Positions 29,115 to 40,224 of a stretch of DNA of 53,010 nucleotides are shown in pieces (position 1 is the stretch's first letter; each line of letters begins with the position of its first letter). The position numbers and the translations under genes are program-made. The notes below the pieces were generated by a model. It worked only from the letters and a program-made list of their open reading frames with translations. It made no database searches and was not told the origin of the DNA. The DNA comes from Candidatus Pelearchaeum maunauluense (GTDB lineage: Archaea; Thermoproteota; Nitrososphaeria_A; Caldarchaeales; Caldarchaeaceae). The stretch spans positions 1 to 53,010 of the forward strand of contig JANVYQ010000010.1 of the NCBI GenBank assembly GCA_030059675.1. Direction: 5' to 3'.

Positions 29115-30072
29115 GGGAAGTCCACATGAGAAGCGGCTATTCTACTCCCATCAGCTCTCCTAGCCTCAAAGATTAACCTGTAGCCAATCCACCTAAACCC
29201 GCTCACAAGCACGCCCCGCCCATACCCAAGCCTAGCCATCGCATCAAGTATCTTACCTAGCAGATAGCTCTCATACCTTATCTTACTACGTCTACCCAAT
29301 GTTTCTAGTCCTTTGTAGTCTGTTATCAGGAAGAGGCCTTTACAAGGCTGTATCTCTGTGGTGAATTCAGAGCTTCCCGTGAGGCTTGCTAACGTTAGCT
29401 CAGCCACTCCAGAGCGTAGCTTCACAAGGTTGCTGGTGGCTTCTTGCCTCTGAATGACTTCAACATAGCCCCTGGCCGTGCAGCCGGGTTAGATTAACGT
29501 AAGCCCTAGCCGCCCCGCCTCCCTGAGATATACTCAAGCTGAACTCCCTGCTGATATCTGGTATGGGTAGGGGTATTATAATGTTGTCGGTAGTCCTTTT
29601 CCATGCGTGAAAACCTTATAGACTATTCCCGAGAACATGCCGCTGCCTCCTCTTATAGCAGCGCCCCAGCCACCTTCATTAAGACTTACGTGTTGTCTGC
29701 TTACCTCCTCAGCCTTCCCCTGCAGCTTAAACTTTAAACTACCATAACCCCCTCTAGCGTCAATCCTAATCTTCTTACAGTACATGTCTGGAGGTAGGAT
29801 TAAGGTATCCCCGGCCAGGGTTATCTTTTTCGCGACGCTCCTAACCCTAGCTATCCTGAATATCCTCCCAAGGCTAGTCAAAAAGAATATTATGAAAAAT
29901 ACAGTAATACTATAAGGTCTGCAATAGATAGGGTGCTGCCTGTTGCGAGGACTAGGAGAATTAGCATGATTGAAATTAAGGCAGCTTTAAACAGACTTAG
30001 GAATAACACTCTCCTGTATGTATCGCTCGTCTCAGTAACTACATGGACGGTATGATGGATTGAGTCATGCAT
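29105..30072 (-). pseudogene. Frameshifted membrane-protein gene of unknown function
   Basis: ORFs 29890-30072, 29576-29881 and 29105-29425 read on from each other after frame changes; one extra T in the T5 run near 29895 restores YFFIIFFLTSLGR. Confidence 0.55.
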
Positions 30073-30187
30073 GCCATATCATCCATCTTTGAAGCGTAAT
30101 AATAGCGAACGCATTAACCTCTTAACACCTCTTCTGGATAACCGCAGTCTTCACCTAGGGAGGGTGTAGTCAAGGTGGGCGAATATC

Positions 30188-30394
30188 CTAGTTAGGTCCT
30201 CTTTCCCCTTCCCCAGTCGTAGAGCTGGAAACGTGGCTTGACTCCACTTCAACCCACACTCCCTCCTGCTGTGGATAAAATCTAACCCTAATCCTATTAC
30301 TCCAACTCTTCATAGATGCTCCTGTGGTCGCCTCTATAAAGTAAGGCTCCTGCTTCTTAATCTTAAAACCATTACTAATTAGCGCGTTCACCAC
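30188..30394 (-). CDS. Small hypothetical protein or gene fragment
   Basis: 68-aa ORF in an AT-richer, decayed interval; C-terminus may be frameshifted. Confidence 0.4.
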   Translation of the reverse strand: MVNALISNGFKIKKQEPYFIEATTGASMKSWSNRIRVRFYPQQEGVWVEVESSHVSSSTTGEGERGPN

Positions 30395-30424
30395 AGCATT
30401 ATCGGCTCCTTGGATATGAATTTT

Positions 30425-31891
30425 TTAGTATGCTCTAGCTACGTATACCACTTCTTTAGCTTGTTGTTGGCAGGCTATGCATCCGTTCTTGGGAATCTCC
30501 ACTATGTCGTATCTGCTTCCCCTTATCTCGCCGCCTACATTCTCTTTGATTACTTCTGCGCATTCCAGCTTTCCACACCACTCCACACGCGCTATACGTC
30601 TGTTAGCTATAAGCGTCTTAGCCTCGTTTAGCGTCTTAGCGTCTCCTATCATCTCCTCCATCATCCTCCTACTCTTCATAGCAAGATTTGCGTCTATCTT
30701 CTCCAACAGCTGCTCAACATACTCGCCAACCTCCTTGAGCGGTACAACGCTCCTCTCAAGCGTATCCCTCCTAAACACGGTAACACCGCTCTCGGCAACC
30801 TCCTTAGGCCCTATCTCAAGCCTCACAGGGACGCCCATCATCTCCCAGTAGTAGAACTTCTCGCCTGGCGTTACGTCCTGCCTGTCGTCCAGCTTCTTCC
30901 TCACACCATCCCTAATGCTGTCCAACACCTGCCTAGCGTAGTTCAGTATAACCTCCTCCTGGCCCTTGAAGTATATGGGGACTATAACCACCTGCAGCGG
31001 CGCTACTGTTGATGGGAATACACATCCCCTATCGTCGCCGTGCTGCGCTATTATGGCGGCGATAACCCTGCTGTAGCCGAAGCCGTAGCAGAGCTGGTGT
31101 GGATTTTCCCGCCTGCCGTCGCGCGTCTCAAACTCAATCTCAAAAGCACGCGAAAAGTTCTTACCCAGGTTATGCACCGTACCTACCTGATTCACCCTAC
31201 CATCAGGATTCCACGCATCAAAGGCTATTGAATATTTCGCTCCAGCAAACTTATCAAAATCAGGCCTCTTCAAAAGAAGATAACCTATACGCACCTTGTT
31301 CAACACGTTGGTATATATCTCTATTGCTTCGCGCACTTGTTGCTCGGCCTCCGAGGCTGTGGCGTGCACCGTGTGAGCCTCGTTCCATGGAATCTCCCTA
31401 ACCCGGAAGAGCGGTCTAGTGGCTTTCGTCTCATAGCGGTAGACGTTGCTGTTTTGATGCACCTTCAGGGGGAGGTCCGCGTGGCTCCTAATCCAGAGCT
31501 TAAACATTGGATACATTATAGTCTCTGATGTCGGCCTGACTACCAGCTTCTTCTCCAGCTCGCGGTCTCCAGCCCTGTCTATTACGAAGACCTCCTTCAT
31601 GAAGCCCCTAATATGCTCAGCCTCCTTCGCAAAGAGCTCATCAGTCGTGACGAGGGGAAACATCATCTCCTTATGCCCAGTCCTGGCCAGCTCCCCTTCC
31701 AAGAGCTGGCGCAGAGTCCTGAGTATGAACATCCCATTCTCCATATACACCGAGAAGCCCTTAACAGGAAACCTATCATCAACTATACGCGCCTCAAAGA
31801 GGAGCTTATCAAACCAATCGCTGAAGTTTTTGAACTTATTAAGCGCCGTTACAGCCGTCGCCATACTGCCTTTGATGAACTCCATAACCAA
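30425..31891 (-). CDS. proS: Prolyl-tRNA synthetase (archaeal/eukaryotic type)
   Basis: RPTSET, YRYETKATRPLFRVRE, C-terminal zinc domain ending ARAY; true start may be ATG 31864. Confidence 0.97.
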   Translation of the reverse strand: MVMEFIKGSMATAVTALNKFKNFSDWFDKLLFEARIVDDRFPVKGFSVYMENGMFILRTLRQLLEGELARTGHKEMMFPLVTTDELFAKEAEHIRGFMKEVFVIDRAGDRELEKKLVVRPTSETIMYPMFKLWIRSHADLPLKVHQNSNVYRYETKATRPLFRVREIPWNEAHTVHATASEAEQQVREAIEIYTNVLNKVRIGYLLLKRPDFDKFAGAKYSIAFDAWNPDGRVNQVGTVHNLGKNFSRAFEIEFETRDGRRENPHQLCYGFGYSRVIAAIIAQHGDDRGCVFPSTVAPLQVVIVPIYFKGQEEVILNYARQVLDSIRDGVRKKLDDRQDVTPGEKFYYWEMMGVPVRLEIGPKEVAESGVTVFRRDTLERSVVPLKEVGEYVEQLLEKIDANLAMKSRRMMEEMIGDAKTLNEAKTLIANRRIARVEWCGKLECAEVIKENVGGEIRGSRYDIVEIPKNGCIACQQQAKEVVYVARAY

Positions 31892-31923
31892 TATTAAACG
31901 TTAGCATTTATTATGGCTGTTGG

Positions 31924-33005
<1,082 letters not shown>

Positions 33006-33089
33006 CTATGCTTGGGTTGTAGATAAACCGAATCCAAGGGCTGGAAGCAAGGAGGGAAGGCGTATAAGCTGCGACTATTCTCTAGTCTC

Positions 33090-34496
33090 TTGTCGGTGAT
33101 GCTGTTGGGGCAGCCCAGTTATAGGCACCCCTACATAGCCAACTCTACGCAGGAGACGCTGGAGGAGATGCTGCGAGAGATAGGTGTAGCTGATGTGTGG
33201 GAGCTGTATAGCGACGTTCCGCGGAAATACATTCTGGAGAAGCCGCCCGCGGTGGAGGGCCCGCTAAGCGAGCAGGAGGTCCAGAGCCATGTAAGGGGCG
33301 TGCTCTCTCGGAACAAGACAGCTAGGCAGCTTAAGCTCTTCATAGGCGGGGGAGTATGGCCACACTACATCCCGGCGGCCGTTAGGGAGATAATCGCGCG
33401 AAGTGAGTTCCTCACATCATACACGCCATACCAGCCTGAAGCGTCGCAGGGAATGCTCACAGCCCTCTTTGAGTATCAGAGCCTAGTGGCAGAGCTGTAT
33501 GATGTAGATGTGGTAAACTCGTCTATGTATGATTGGGCTACCGCGGTGGGGGAGGCTTTCCGCATGGCACATAGGTATAACGGCAGGAAAAAGATAATCG
33601 TTCCCCGCTTCATCTCCCCTGAGAGGCTGGCTGTTGCCGAGACTTATGTAAAGCCGCTAGGTCTTGAGATTGTAAGCGTAGAGCAGGATAGGCGTGGAAG
33701 GATAGATGAGGAGGGGCTTAAACATCTAGCCGATAGGGACACGGCAGCAATATACGTGGAGAACCCCTCCTACCTGGGCTTTATAGTGGAGAACATAGCG
33801 GCTGCTGGCGATATAGCGCATGATGCGGGTGCTCTCTTCATAGTGGGGGCGGAGCCAACATCGCTTGGCATACTAAAGCCACCTGGAAGCTATGGTGCGG
33901 ATATAATCGTAGGCGAGGGACAGCCTCTAGGCCTGCCGATGAACTTCGGAGGCCCCCTGATGGGAATCTTGGGATGCAGGTATGAGCAGCGCCTGGTTCA
34001 TGCTATGCCTGGAAGGCTTATAGGGATGACAGAAGACATACGCGGTGAGCGGCGCGCTTTTACGATGGTCTTGCAGGCGCGCGAGCAGCATATACGACGC
34101 GAGAAGGCTACCTCCAACATCTGCACCAACCAAGCCCTATGCGCCGTCGCTGTTGCGGTATATCTAACGTTGCTGGGGAAGAGCGGTCTAAGAAGCCTCG
34201 CAGAGCACATCCTAGCCAAGACCGCCTACATGATTGAACGTCTATCAAAAATCAATAACGTTGAAGCCCCTCTATTTGACGCACCCCACTACATGGAGTT
34301 CACCTACCGCGTGAGGGGTGTGGAAGCAAAAGCCCTGTTGAACAAACTACTACGACATAACATTGTGGGCGGGATAGATGTATCAAGTATGCATGACCAG
34401 CTTGGCGGAGCTGTCCTAACCTGCATAACGGAGGTTCATAGTAGGGAAGACCTGGAGGAGTATGCCAGGGCTGTGGAGTCGTCCAGCATGGGGTGA
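33090..34496 (+). CDS. gcvPA: Glycine dehydrogenase (decarboxylating) subunit 1
   Basis: TSYTPYQPEASQG, NSSMYD, REQHIRREKATSNICTN. Confidence 0.96.
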   Translation: MSVMLLGQPSYRHPYIANSTQETLEEMLREIGVADVWELYSDVPRKYILEKPPAVEGPLSEQEVQSHVRGVLSRNKTARQLKLFIGGGVWPHYIPAAVREIIARSEFLTSYTPYQPEASQGMLTALFEYQSLVAELYDVDVVNSSMYDWATAVGEAFRMAHRYNGRKKIIVPRFISPERLAVAETYVKPLGLEIVSVEQDRRGRIDEEGLKHLADRDTAAIYVENPSYLGFIVENIAAAGDIAHDAGALFIVGAEPTSLGILKPPGSYGADIIVGEGQPLGLPMNFGGPLMGILGCRYEQRLVHAMPGRLIGMTEDIRGERRAFTMVLQAREQHIRREKATSNICTNQALCAVAVAVYLTLLGKSGLRSLAEHILAKTAYMIERLSKINNVEAPLFDAPHYMEFTYRVRGVEAKALLNKLLRHNIVGGIDVSSMHDQLGGAVLTCITEVHSREDLEEYARAVESSSMG

Positions 34497-34502
34497 TGAA
34501 TT

Positions 34503-36038
34503 ATGTACAGGCAGGCTTTATGGAGTGAGCCGCTGGTTTTTGAGGCCTCGCGTAAGGGTGCTGTCGGGTATCTCCCACCAAGTCTTGAGGATGAAATCAA
34601 GCAGGCTGGCGCACGCGCGTTGAGCCGAATACCGCGTAGCATGTTGCGTGAGGAGCTTCCCCTACCAGAGCTGTCGGAGCTTGAGGTCATCCGCCACTAC
34701 ACGCGGCTAAGCCAGATGAACTACAGCATCTCAACAGGCTACTACCCCCTCGGAAGCTGCACCATGAAATACAACCCCGTGGTGAATAATGAACTAGCTT
34801 CGCTGGACGAGGTTGCTCTCCTCCACCCAGCACAGCCAGAAGAAACAGTTCAAGGTGCGCTGGAGCTTCTCTACAGGCTGGAGAAAGCCCTCTGCGAGAT
34901 AACTGGAATGGATAGATTCTCCTTCGCGCCCGCCGCGGGCGCGCATGGAGAGCTTGCAGGCTGCCTCATCATGCGCGCATACCATGCAGAGAAGGGAGAG
35001 GAGAGGAGCAAGATAATAGTCCCGGACTCTGCGCATGGGACGAACCCAGCCACGGCTGCGATGAGCGGCTATGAGGTAGTGGTCGTGGGAACGGATAGTG
35101 AGGGGGGAGTGGATGTAAAAGAGCTGGAGAGAATCGCTGATGAGAAGACAGCAGGCCTTATGCTCACCAACCCCAACACGCTGGGGCTGTTTGAGAAAGA
35201 TATTGAGCGGATAGTTGAGATAGTGCATGACGCTGGCGCTCTGCTATACTATGACGGAGCCAACCTAAACGCGATAGCGGGAGTAGTAAGGCCTGGCGAC
35301 ATGGGGTTTGACATACTCCATCTAAACCTACACAAAACCTTCTCAACACCGCACGGGGGAGGCGGGCCAGGCGCAGGACCCGTGGGCGTGGTCTCAAAGC
35401 TGGAGAAATACCTCCCGCCCCCGCTTGTGGTTTATGACGAGAAAACAGGTAGATATAGGCTGGACTACGATAGGCCGAGCTCCATAGGAAGGATTAAGAT
35501 GTATCATGGGAACTTCGCCGTCTTGGTAAGGGCTTACGCGTATATCCTGAGCATGGGCGGCGAGGGGCTTAGAAGAGCAGCCCTCAACTCGGTTATTGCA
35601 TCAAACTATCTCCTGGCGAAGATGCGCAGGGCTAGGGGTGTGTCGCTGCCCTATGGAGCAGCACGGCCGCGAAAGCATGAGTTTGTCCTCAGCCTCTCAC
35701 GCCTAAGACGCGAGACAGGAGTACGCGCCCTAGATGTTGCCAAACGCCTACTGGACTACGGCTTCCACGCGCCTACAATATACTTCCCACTCATAGTGGA
35801 TGAGGCGTTCATGGTAGAGCCGACTGAGAGCGAGTCCAAGAGCGAGCTAGATAGATTCGCTGAAGCGTTTGAGAGGATTATCGCCGAGTCCTACGAGAAC
35901 CCTGAGATGGTCAGGGGAGCTCCCTACGCAACGTCTGTGGGTAGGGTGAACGAGGCTAAGGCGTCGCATCCAAAGACCATTACCCTCACGTGGAGGATGT
36001 ATAGAAAACGGGCTATAGAGCTGGGTGCTGAGAAATGA
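34503..36038 (+). CDS. gcvPB: Glycine dehydrogenase (decarboxylating) subunit 2
   Basis: PLGSCTMKYNP, SAHGTNPA, NLHKTFSTPHGGGGPG. Confidence 0.97.
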   Translation: MYRQALWSEPLVFEASRKGAVGYLPPSLEDEIKQAGARALSRIPRSMLREELPLPELSELEVIRHYTRLSQMNYSISTGYYPLGSCTMKYNPVVNNELASLDEVALLHPAQPEETVQGALELLYRLEKALCEITGMDRFSFAPAAGAHGELAGCLIMRAYHAEKGEERSKIIVPDSAHGTNPATAAMSGYEVVVVGTDSEGGVDVKELERIADEKTAGLMLTNPNTLGLFEKDIERIVEIVHDAGALLYYDGANLNAIAGVVRPGDMGFDILHLNLHKTFSTPHGGGGPGAGPVGVVSKLEKYLPPPLVVYDEKTGRYRLDYDRPSSIGRIKMYHGNFAVLVRAYAYILSMGGEGLRRAALNSVIASNYLLAKMRRARGVSLPYGAARPRKHEFVLSLSRLRRETGVRALDVAKRLLDYGFHAPTIYFPLIVDEAFMVEPTESESKSELDRFAEAFERIIAESYENPEMVRGAPYATSVGRVNEAKASHPKTITLTWRMYRKRAIELGAEK

Positions 36039-37129
36039 GGGCATCCCCACTCATAAACCTCCACCGCGAAGCAGGTGCCGAGATAGGGGAGTTCGCAGGA
36101 TGGCAAAGCCCCCTATGGTTCGCCACAGTAAGGGAAGAGCATCAAGCAGTAAGAAACGAGGCTGGGATATTCGACATAAGCCACATGACGCGTATAGAGA
36201 TAACTGGAAACGAAGCCGAGCTATTCCTAGACAAGCTGCTGACCCAGGACGTTAAGAAGACTAAGCCAGGGAGGATGAAATACTGCCTAATGCTCAACGA
36301 GCAGGCTGGAATAATAGACGACCTAACCTTCTACAAAGATAGTGAAGAATCCATAATAATTGTTAGCAATGCAGCAACCCGCGAGCGTGTAGTCAGGTGG
36401 CTTAAAACGCATTCCGAGGGATTTGACGTTGATGTAAGGGACTTCACCGACAGCTCTGTTCTGCTGGCTGTGCAGGGGCCAAGGTCTGCTGACTACGTGG
36501 GGAAGTGGCTGAATACCGACCTGCGGGATATGAAGTGGTTCAGCGGCCGCTGGGTTAAGTACCGCGGTCTCCACGTACTCCTCACGCGAAGCGGCTACAC
36601 AGGCGAGGATGGCTTTGAACTAAACATACGCGACGGCTCTGCTGAGGATTTTGGGAAGGTCTGGACAGAGTTCATGGCCATGGGCGTCAAGCCCTGCGGC
36701 CTGGCTGTGCGCGACATGCTACGCCTAGAATGCGCCTACCCGCTCTACGGCCATGAGATGGACGAGGCAACAACGCCTGTTGAGGCTCGTCTCATGTGGG
36801 CTGTCAAGATGGAGAAGCAGGGCTTCATAGGTAAGGAAGCGTTAATCTCTAAGAGTAGTGAGAAGCCTTCATCGCTTTTGGTAGGCCTTAAGATGGTTGA
36901 GCAGGGCATACCGCGTGGGGGGTATGTTGTTATGTCGCGCGAGGAGCGGGAGATAGGAAGAGTAACCAGCGGCGGTATGTCATATTCTCTCAACAGGGGG
37001 ATAGCTTTAGCCAAAATAGCGCCAGAATACGCGGACGACGGTACTGTGGTGCTGGTGGATATAAAGGGGAAGCCTAGAAAGGCTGAAGTAAGTCTTAGAC
37101 CATTTGTTGAGTATAGGATTCCGCGTTAA
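36035..37129 (+). CDS. gcvT: Glycine cleavage aminomethyltransferase (T protein)
   Basis: FAGW, FDISHM, AVQGP, SGYTGEDGFE, GLAVRDMLRLE. Confidence 0.96.
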   Translation: MRASPLINLHREAGAEIGEFAGWQSPLWFATVREEHQAVRNEAGIFDISHMTRIEITGNEAELFLDKLLTQDVKKTKPGRMKYCLMLNEQAGIIDDLTFYKDSEESIIIVSNAATRERVVRWLKTHSEGFDVDVRDFTDSSVLLAVQGPRSADYVGKWLNTDLRDMKWFSGRWVKYRGLHVLLTRSGYTGEDGFELNIRDGSAEDFGKVWTEFMAMGVKPCGLAVRDMLRLECAYPLYGHEMDEATTPVEARLMWAVKMEKQGFIGKEALISKSSEKPSSLLVGLKMVEQGIPRGGYVVMSREEREIGRVTSGGMSYSLNRGIALAKIAPEYADDGTVVLVDIKGKPRKAEVSLRPFVEYRIPR

Positions 37130-37962
37130 GGTATAGCCTCGGAGAAGAGGCGTAGTTGCTCCTCATCGCTGCTTGCTGGGAATCCCACAACAACGCCAGC
37201 GCCAGAGTCAGCTAATCTCATAACCCTAGTGCGGACTCTCTGCTTATCACCCACAAGAGCCACCTGCTCCACCAGCTCAATAGAAGTCATCCCAGCTGGA
37301 TTAGCGCTAGGAGCAGCGTCGCTCCGTAGCTTCCTACGCCTCAATGCGTATGCGGTAAGCCTAGTTTCAGCATCTCCGCCGAGTGTCTTGCCGATATAGA
37401 AGGGAGCGTATACTGCAACAGGTATGGCGGCTTCCTTGGATAATAGTCTAATCTCATAGTCATCTGCACCATTGAGTAGGGCGAAGGGAATAGCTCTAAA
37501 CCTTCGTGCAGCCTCTATGGCAGGCGCGACCATGTTCTCCGACCCAACCATGATTAGCCTATCGCCTAGGACTTCCTTGGCGCGCTTCACAGCGTCTATC
37601 AGGAGACGTCCAGCTAGGCGCCGCGCCTCATCCTCAGATAGGTATGCTGGATTTCCAGCAACCAGGCAGAGACCCCCAGACTCATGGCTTCGGAGAATCT
37701 CAAGAACACCCTGAAAACGTTCCTCAAAATCACAACGCCTAACTGGCAGTGTTAAGACCGAGATAAGCCCCCCGCCGTTTTCTTCATCATACCTTAGCAG
37801 AGAATCAAAGACATGTAGCGGTATATCGTCACCCATCTTCTCGGAATCTATAACATGTATGGAGAAACCATACGGGGCGAGAAGCCTATGTACGCTTAGA
37901 ATGTCTTGCGGGCTCTTTAGGGATGACGGCTTAGTAGCCTTCCCCTTATGGAAGGCGACCAC
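37126..37962 (-). CDS. Hypothetical protein, possible TIM-barrel/luciferase-like fold
   Basis: LVAGNPAYLSEDE, MVGSE, AVYAPF, and C-terminal ALVGD...L..SGAGVVVGFP reminiscent of LLM-class barrels. Confidence 0.65.
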   Translation of the reverse strand: MVAFHKGKATKPSSLKSPQDILSVHRLLAPYGFSIHVIDSEKMGDDIPLHVFDSLLRYDEENGGGLISVLTLPVRRCDFEERFQGVLEILRSHESGGLCLVAGNPAYLSEDEARRLAGRLLIDAVKRAKEVLGDRLIMVGSENMVAPAIEAARRFRAIPFALLNGADDYEIRLLSKEAAIPVAVYAPFYIGKTLGGDAETRLTAYALRRRKLRSDAAPSANPAGMTSIELVEQVALVGDKQRVRTRVMRLADSGAGVVVGFPASSDEEQLRLFSEAIP

Positions 37963-38060
37963 CTAGCTGGAAGACAGTCACCTCGCACCACGCAACACCC
38001 CAGCCCAAGTAGGCGTTGGAGGCTTATTATAAATCTTACCAAAACATACCACATGGTATA

Positions 38061-38636
38061 ATGCGGAAGAAGGATGGTCACCGTAGGATAGCAGGCCCTA
38101 GGATATGCTTCCTGGACCTTGAATCTACTGGTATAGAGGCTGACATAGCTATGCTCACAGCGGTTGGGCTGGTTGAGGAGAGTGGCCGCTTCATCTTCCT
38201 ACCAGTCAAGAAGCCTGAGGAGGAGCGGCGCGTAATTAGGGATGCGATAAAACTGCTGGAGAAGTATGACATCGTCTTCACGTGGAGAGGTAAGGACTTT
38301 GACATTCCCTTCCTAATATCACGCGCCCTGAAGCATCGTATAGACCCCACACCCCTAATGCGCGTTATGCACGTAGACCTAGCGGAGTTCGCGCGGAACG
38401 TGCTTAAGCTAAGCAAGAACAACCTATACACGACATCGCGCTTCCTGGGGGTCAGGAAGGACACGACGCTTGAGGGTGCCGACATGCCGCAGAAATATCT
38501 CCAATCCCTAACTGGTAAGGGGGGCGCGTGGAGCAGCATACGCCGCCACTGCTACGATGACCTAAAGACTCTTCAGGCGGTCTATGAAAGACTTAAGCCT
38601 CTCCTAAGAGTGGCAAGGCCTGAACTAGCGTTGTAG
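38061..38636 (+). CDS. YprB-like RNase H-fold (DEDD) exonuclease
   Basis: LDLESTG, TWRGKDFDIPFL, HVDL, HCYDDL; start placed at ATG 38061. Confidence 0.88.
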   Translation: MRKKDGHRRIAGPRICFLDLESTGIEADIAMLTAVGLVEESGRFIFLPVKKPEEERRVIRDAIKLLEKYDIVFTWRGKDFDIPFLISRALKHRIDPTPLMRVMHVDLAEFARNVLKLSKNNLYTTSRFLGVRKDTTLEGADMPQKYLQSLTGKGGAWSSIRRHCYDDLKTLQAVYERLKPLLRVARPELAL

Positions 38637-40160
38637 GTGAGCGCTGTGCCCAAGCTGGCTTATAGTAAGAGAGGCGTGGTAGTATCAGACCATCCATACG
38701 CTACGCTGGCAGGCTTGAAGATGCTTGAAGCAGGGGGCAATGCTTTTGATGCATGCATAGCGATGAGCGCTGTTCTTGGGGTTGTGCTTCCATATACCAG
38801 CGGCATAGGTGGGGACGCCTTCATCCTAGCCAAAACCAGACGCGGAGTAGAGGCTCTTAACTCCTCTGGGAAATACGCCGAGAACCTAGACGAGTCAATC
38901 TACAAGAAGCTCCTCAACGAGGGGATGCCTGAGCGGGGTCCCTATACGATAACCGTCCCAGGTCTGGTAGCTGCGTGGCAGGCTGTGGTGGAGAGGTACT
39001 GTAGAATGGGTGTGAAGGAGCTGCTAAGAGATGCGATAAAGTATGCTTCAGGTGGTTTTCCAGTAAGTAGGTCTCTCTACAAGGCGGTGGAATACTGCCG
39101 CGAGAGCTTGAGCTGGAGTGTCGGGTGGCGGGAGCTTTACGGTGGTGTGAGGGAAGGCGAGCCGCTAACCCAGCGCGGAATGGCGCGCGTCTTAGAAGCT
39201 GTGGCGAGCAGGGGCTTTGATGACTTCTACCTGGGTGAGACGGCCTCACAGATGGTAAAAGAGCTCAGACAGCAGAACTGCCCACTCACGGCCAGCGATT
39301 TTGAAAACCATAGAGCAGTATGGGTAAATCCACTAACAATAAGCTACGCTGGTTATTCGGTCTATGAGCTTCCCCCAAACACGCAAGGAATAACCGCCCT
39401 CCAACTCGTGAAACTGTATGAAATCGCCGAAAAGAATGGAGAAGACCTACAATCGCCAGTGAATATTGCTCGGATCGCTGCTCTGGCTTATCATGATAGG
39501 AATAGGTATGTGGCAGACCCAGATAGGTTTGATGCGCCGCTGGATATGTTGTTGTCTGAAGAGTATTTGGAACAGCGTATGGGTGAGCAGCTCCTTCCGC
39601 AGCCGCCTGAGATAATTCATGGAGACACCACATTCCTAGCAGCGGCCGATGAGTTTGGAAACACAGTAGGCTTTATCCAAAGCCTATACTACCCATTTGG
39701 CTCTGGTGTTGTCGCTCTCGGCTTCCCCTTCCAGAACAGGGGATTCGGCTTTGACACAAGCCAAGAAAGCCCAAATAGGCTTGAGCCAGGCAAGAGGCCG
39801 CGCCACACGCTCTCCATAATGCTGGCTGAGAAAGACGATAGAAGGTTCTGTATAGGATGCGCAGGAGCAGACTTAAGACCACAGCTCCACGCATACACGC
39901 TAATCGCAACTCTCAGAGAAGCACTACCACTTGAGACAGCGGTATCAAGGCCGAGAACCCTCGTAGTATCAGACAAGGCGGGAATCTACTTGGTGAGAGA
40001 AGAGCAGAAAAAGCAGCAGACAGTAATAGACGGAATAAGGATAGAGGGCATAGAATATCCATCGCCAGAAGTGGGGATAGTGAATGCTCTTGACATACGC
40101 GGCTCATACATGAAAGCAGTGGCAGACCCGCGCAGCGAAGGTGTTCCCCTACCGCTTTAA
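38637..40160 (+). CDS. ggt: Gamma-glutamyltransferase family protein
   Basis: GGNAFDA, GIGGD, ELPPNTQG, GDTT autocleavage Thr, QNRG, KRPRHTL, DPRSEG. Confidence 0.93.
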   Translation: MSAVPKLAYSKRGVVVSDHPYATLAGLKMLEAGGNAFDACIAMSAVLGVVLPYTSGIGGDAFILAKTRRGVEALNSSGKYAENLDESIYKKLLNEGMPERGPYTITVPGLVAAWQAVVERYCRMGVKELLRDAIKYASGGFPVSRSLYKAVEYCRESLSWSVGWRELYGGVREGEPLTQRGMARVLEAVASRGFDDFYLGETASQMVKELRQQNCPLTASDFENHRAVWVNPLTISYAGYSVYELPPNTQGITALQLVKLYEIAEKNGEDLQSPVNIARIAALAYHDRNRYVADPDRFDAPLDMLLSEEYLEQRMGEQLLPQPPEIIHGDTTFLAAADEFGNTVGFIQSLYYPFGSGVVALGFPFQNRGFGFDTSQESPNRLEPGKRPRHTLSIMLAEKDDRRFCIGCAGADLRPQLHAYTLIATLREALPLETAVSRPRTLVVSDKAGIYLVREEQKKQQTVIDGIRIEGIEYPSPEVGIVNALDIRGSYMKAVADPRSEGVPLPL

Positions 40161-40224
40161 CGCACATTTTTAAATAACTCGGCCAAGTTAAGAATGCTAT
40201 GAAAGTATCCTCTCTAATTGTTGC

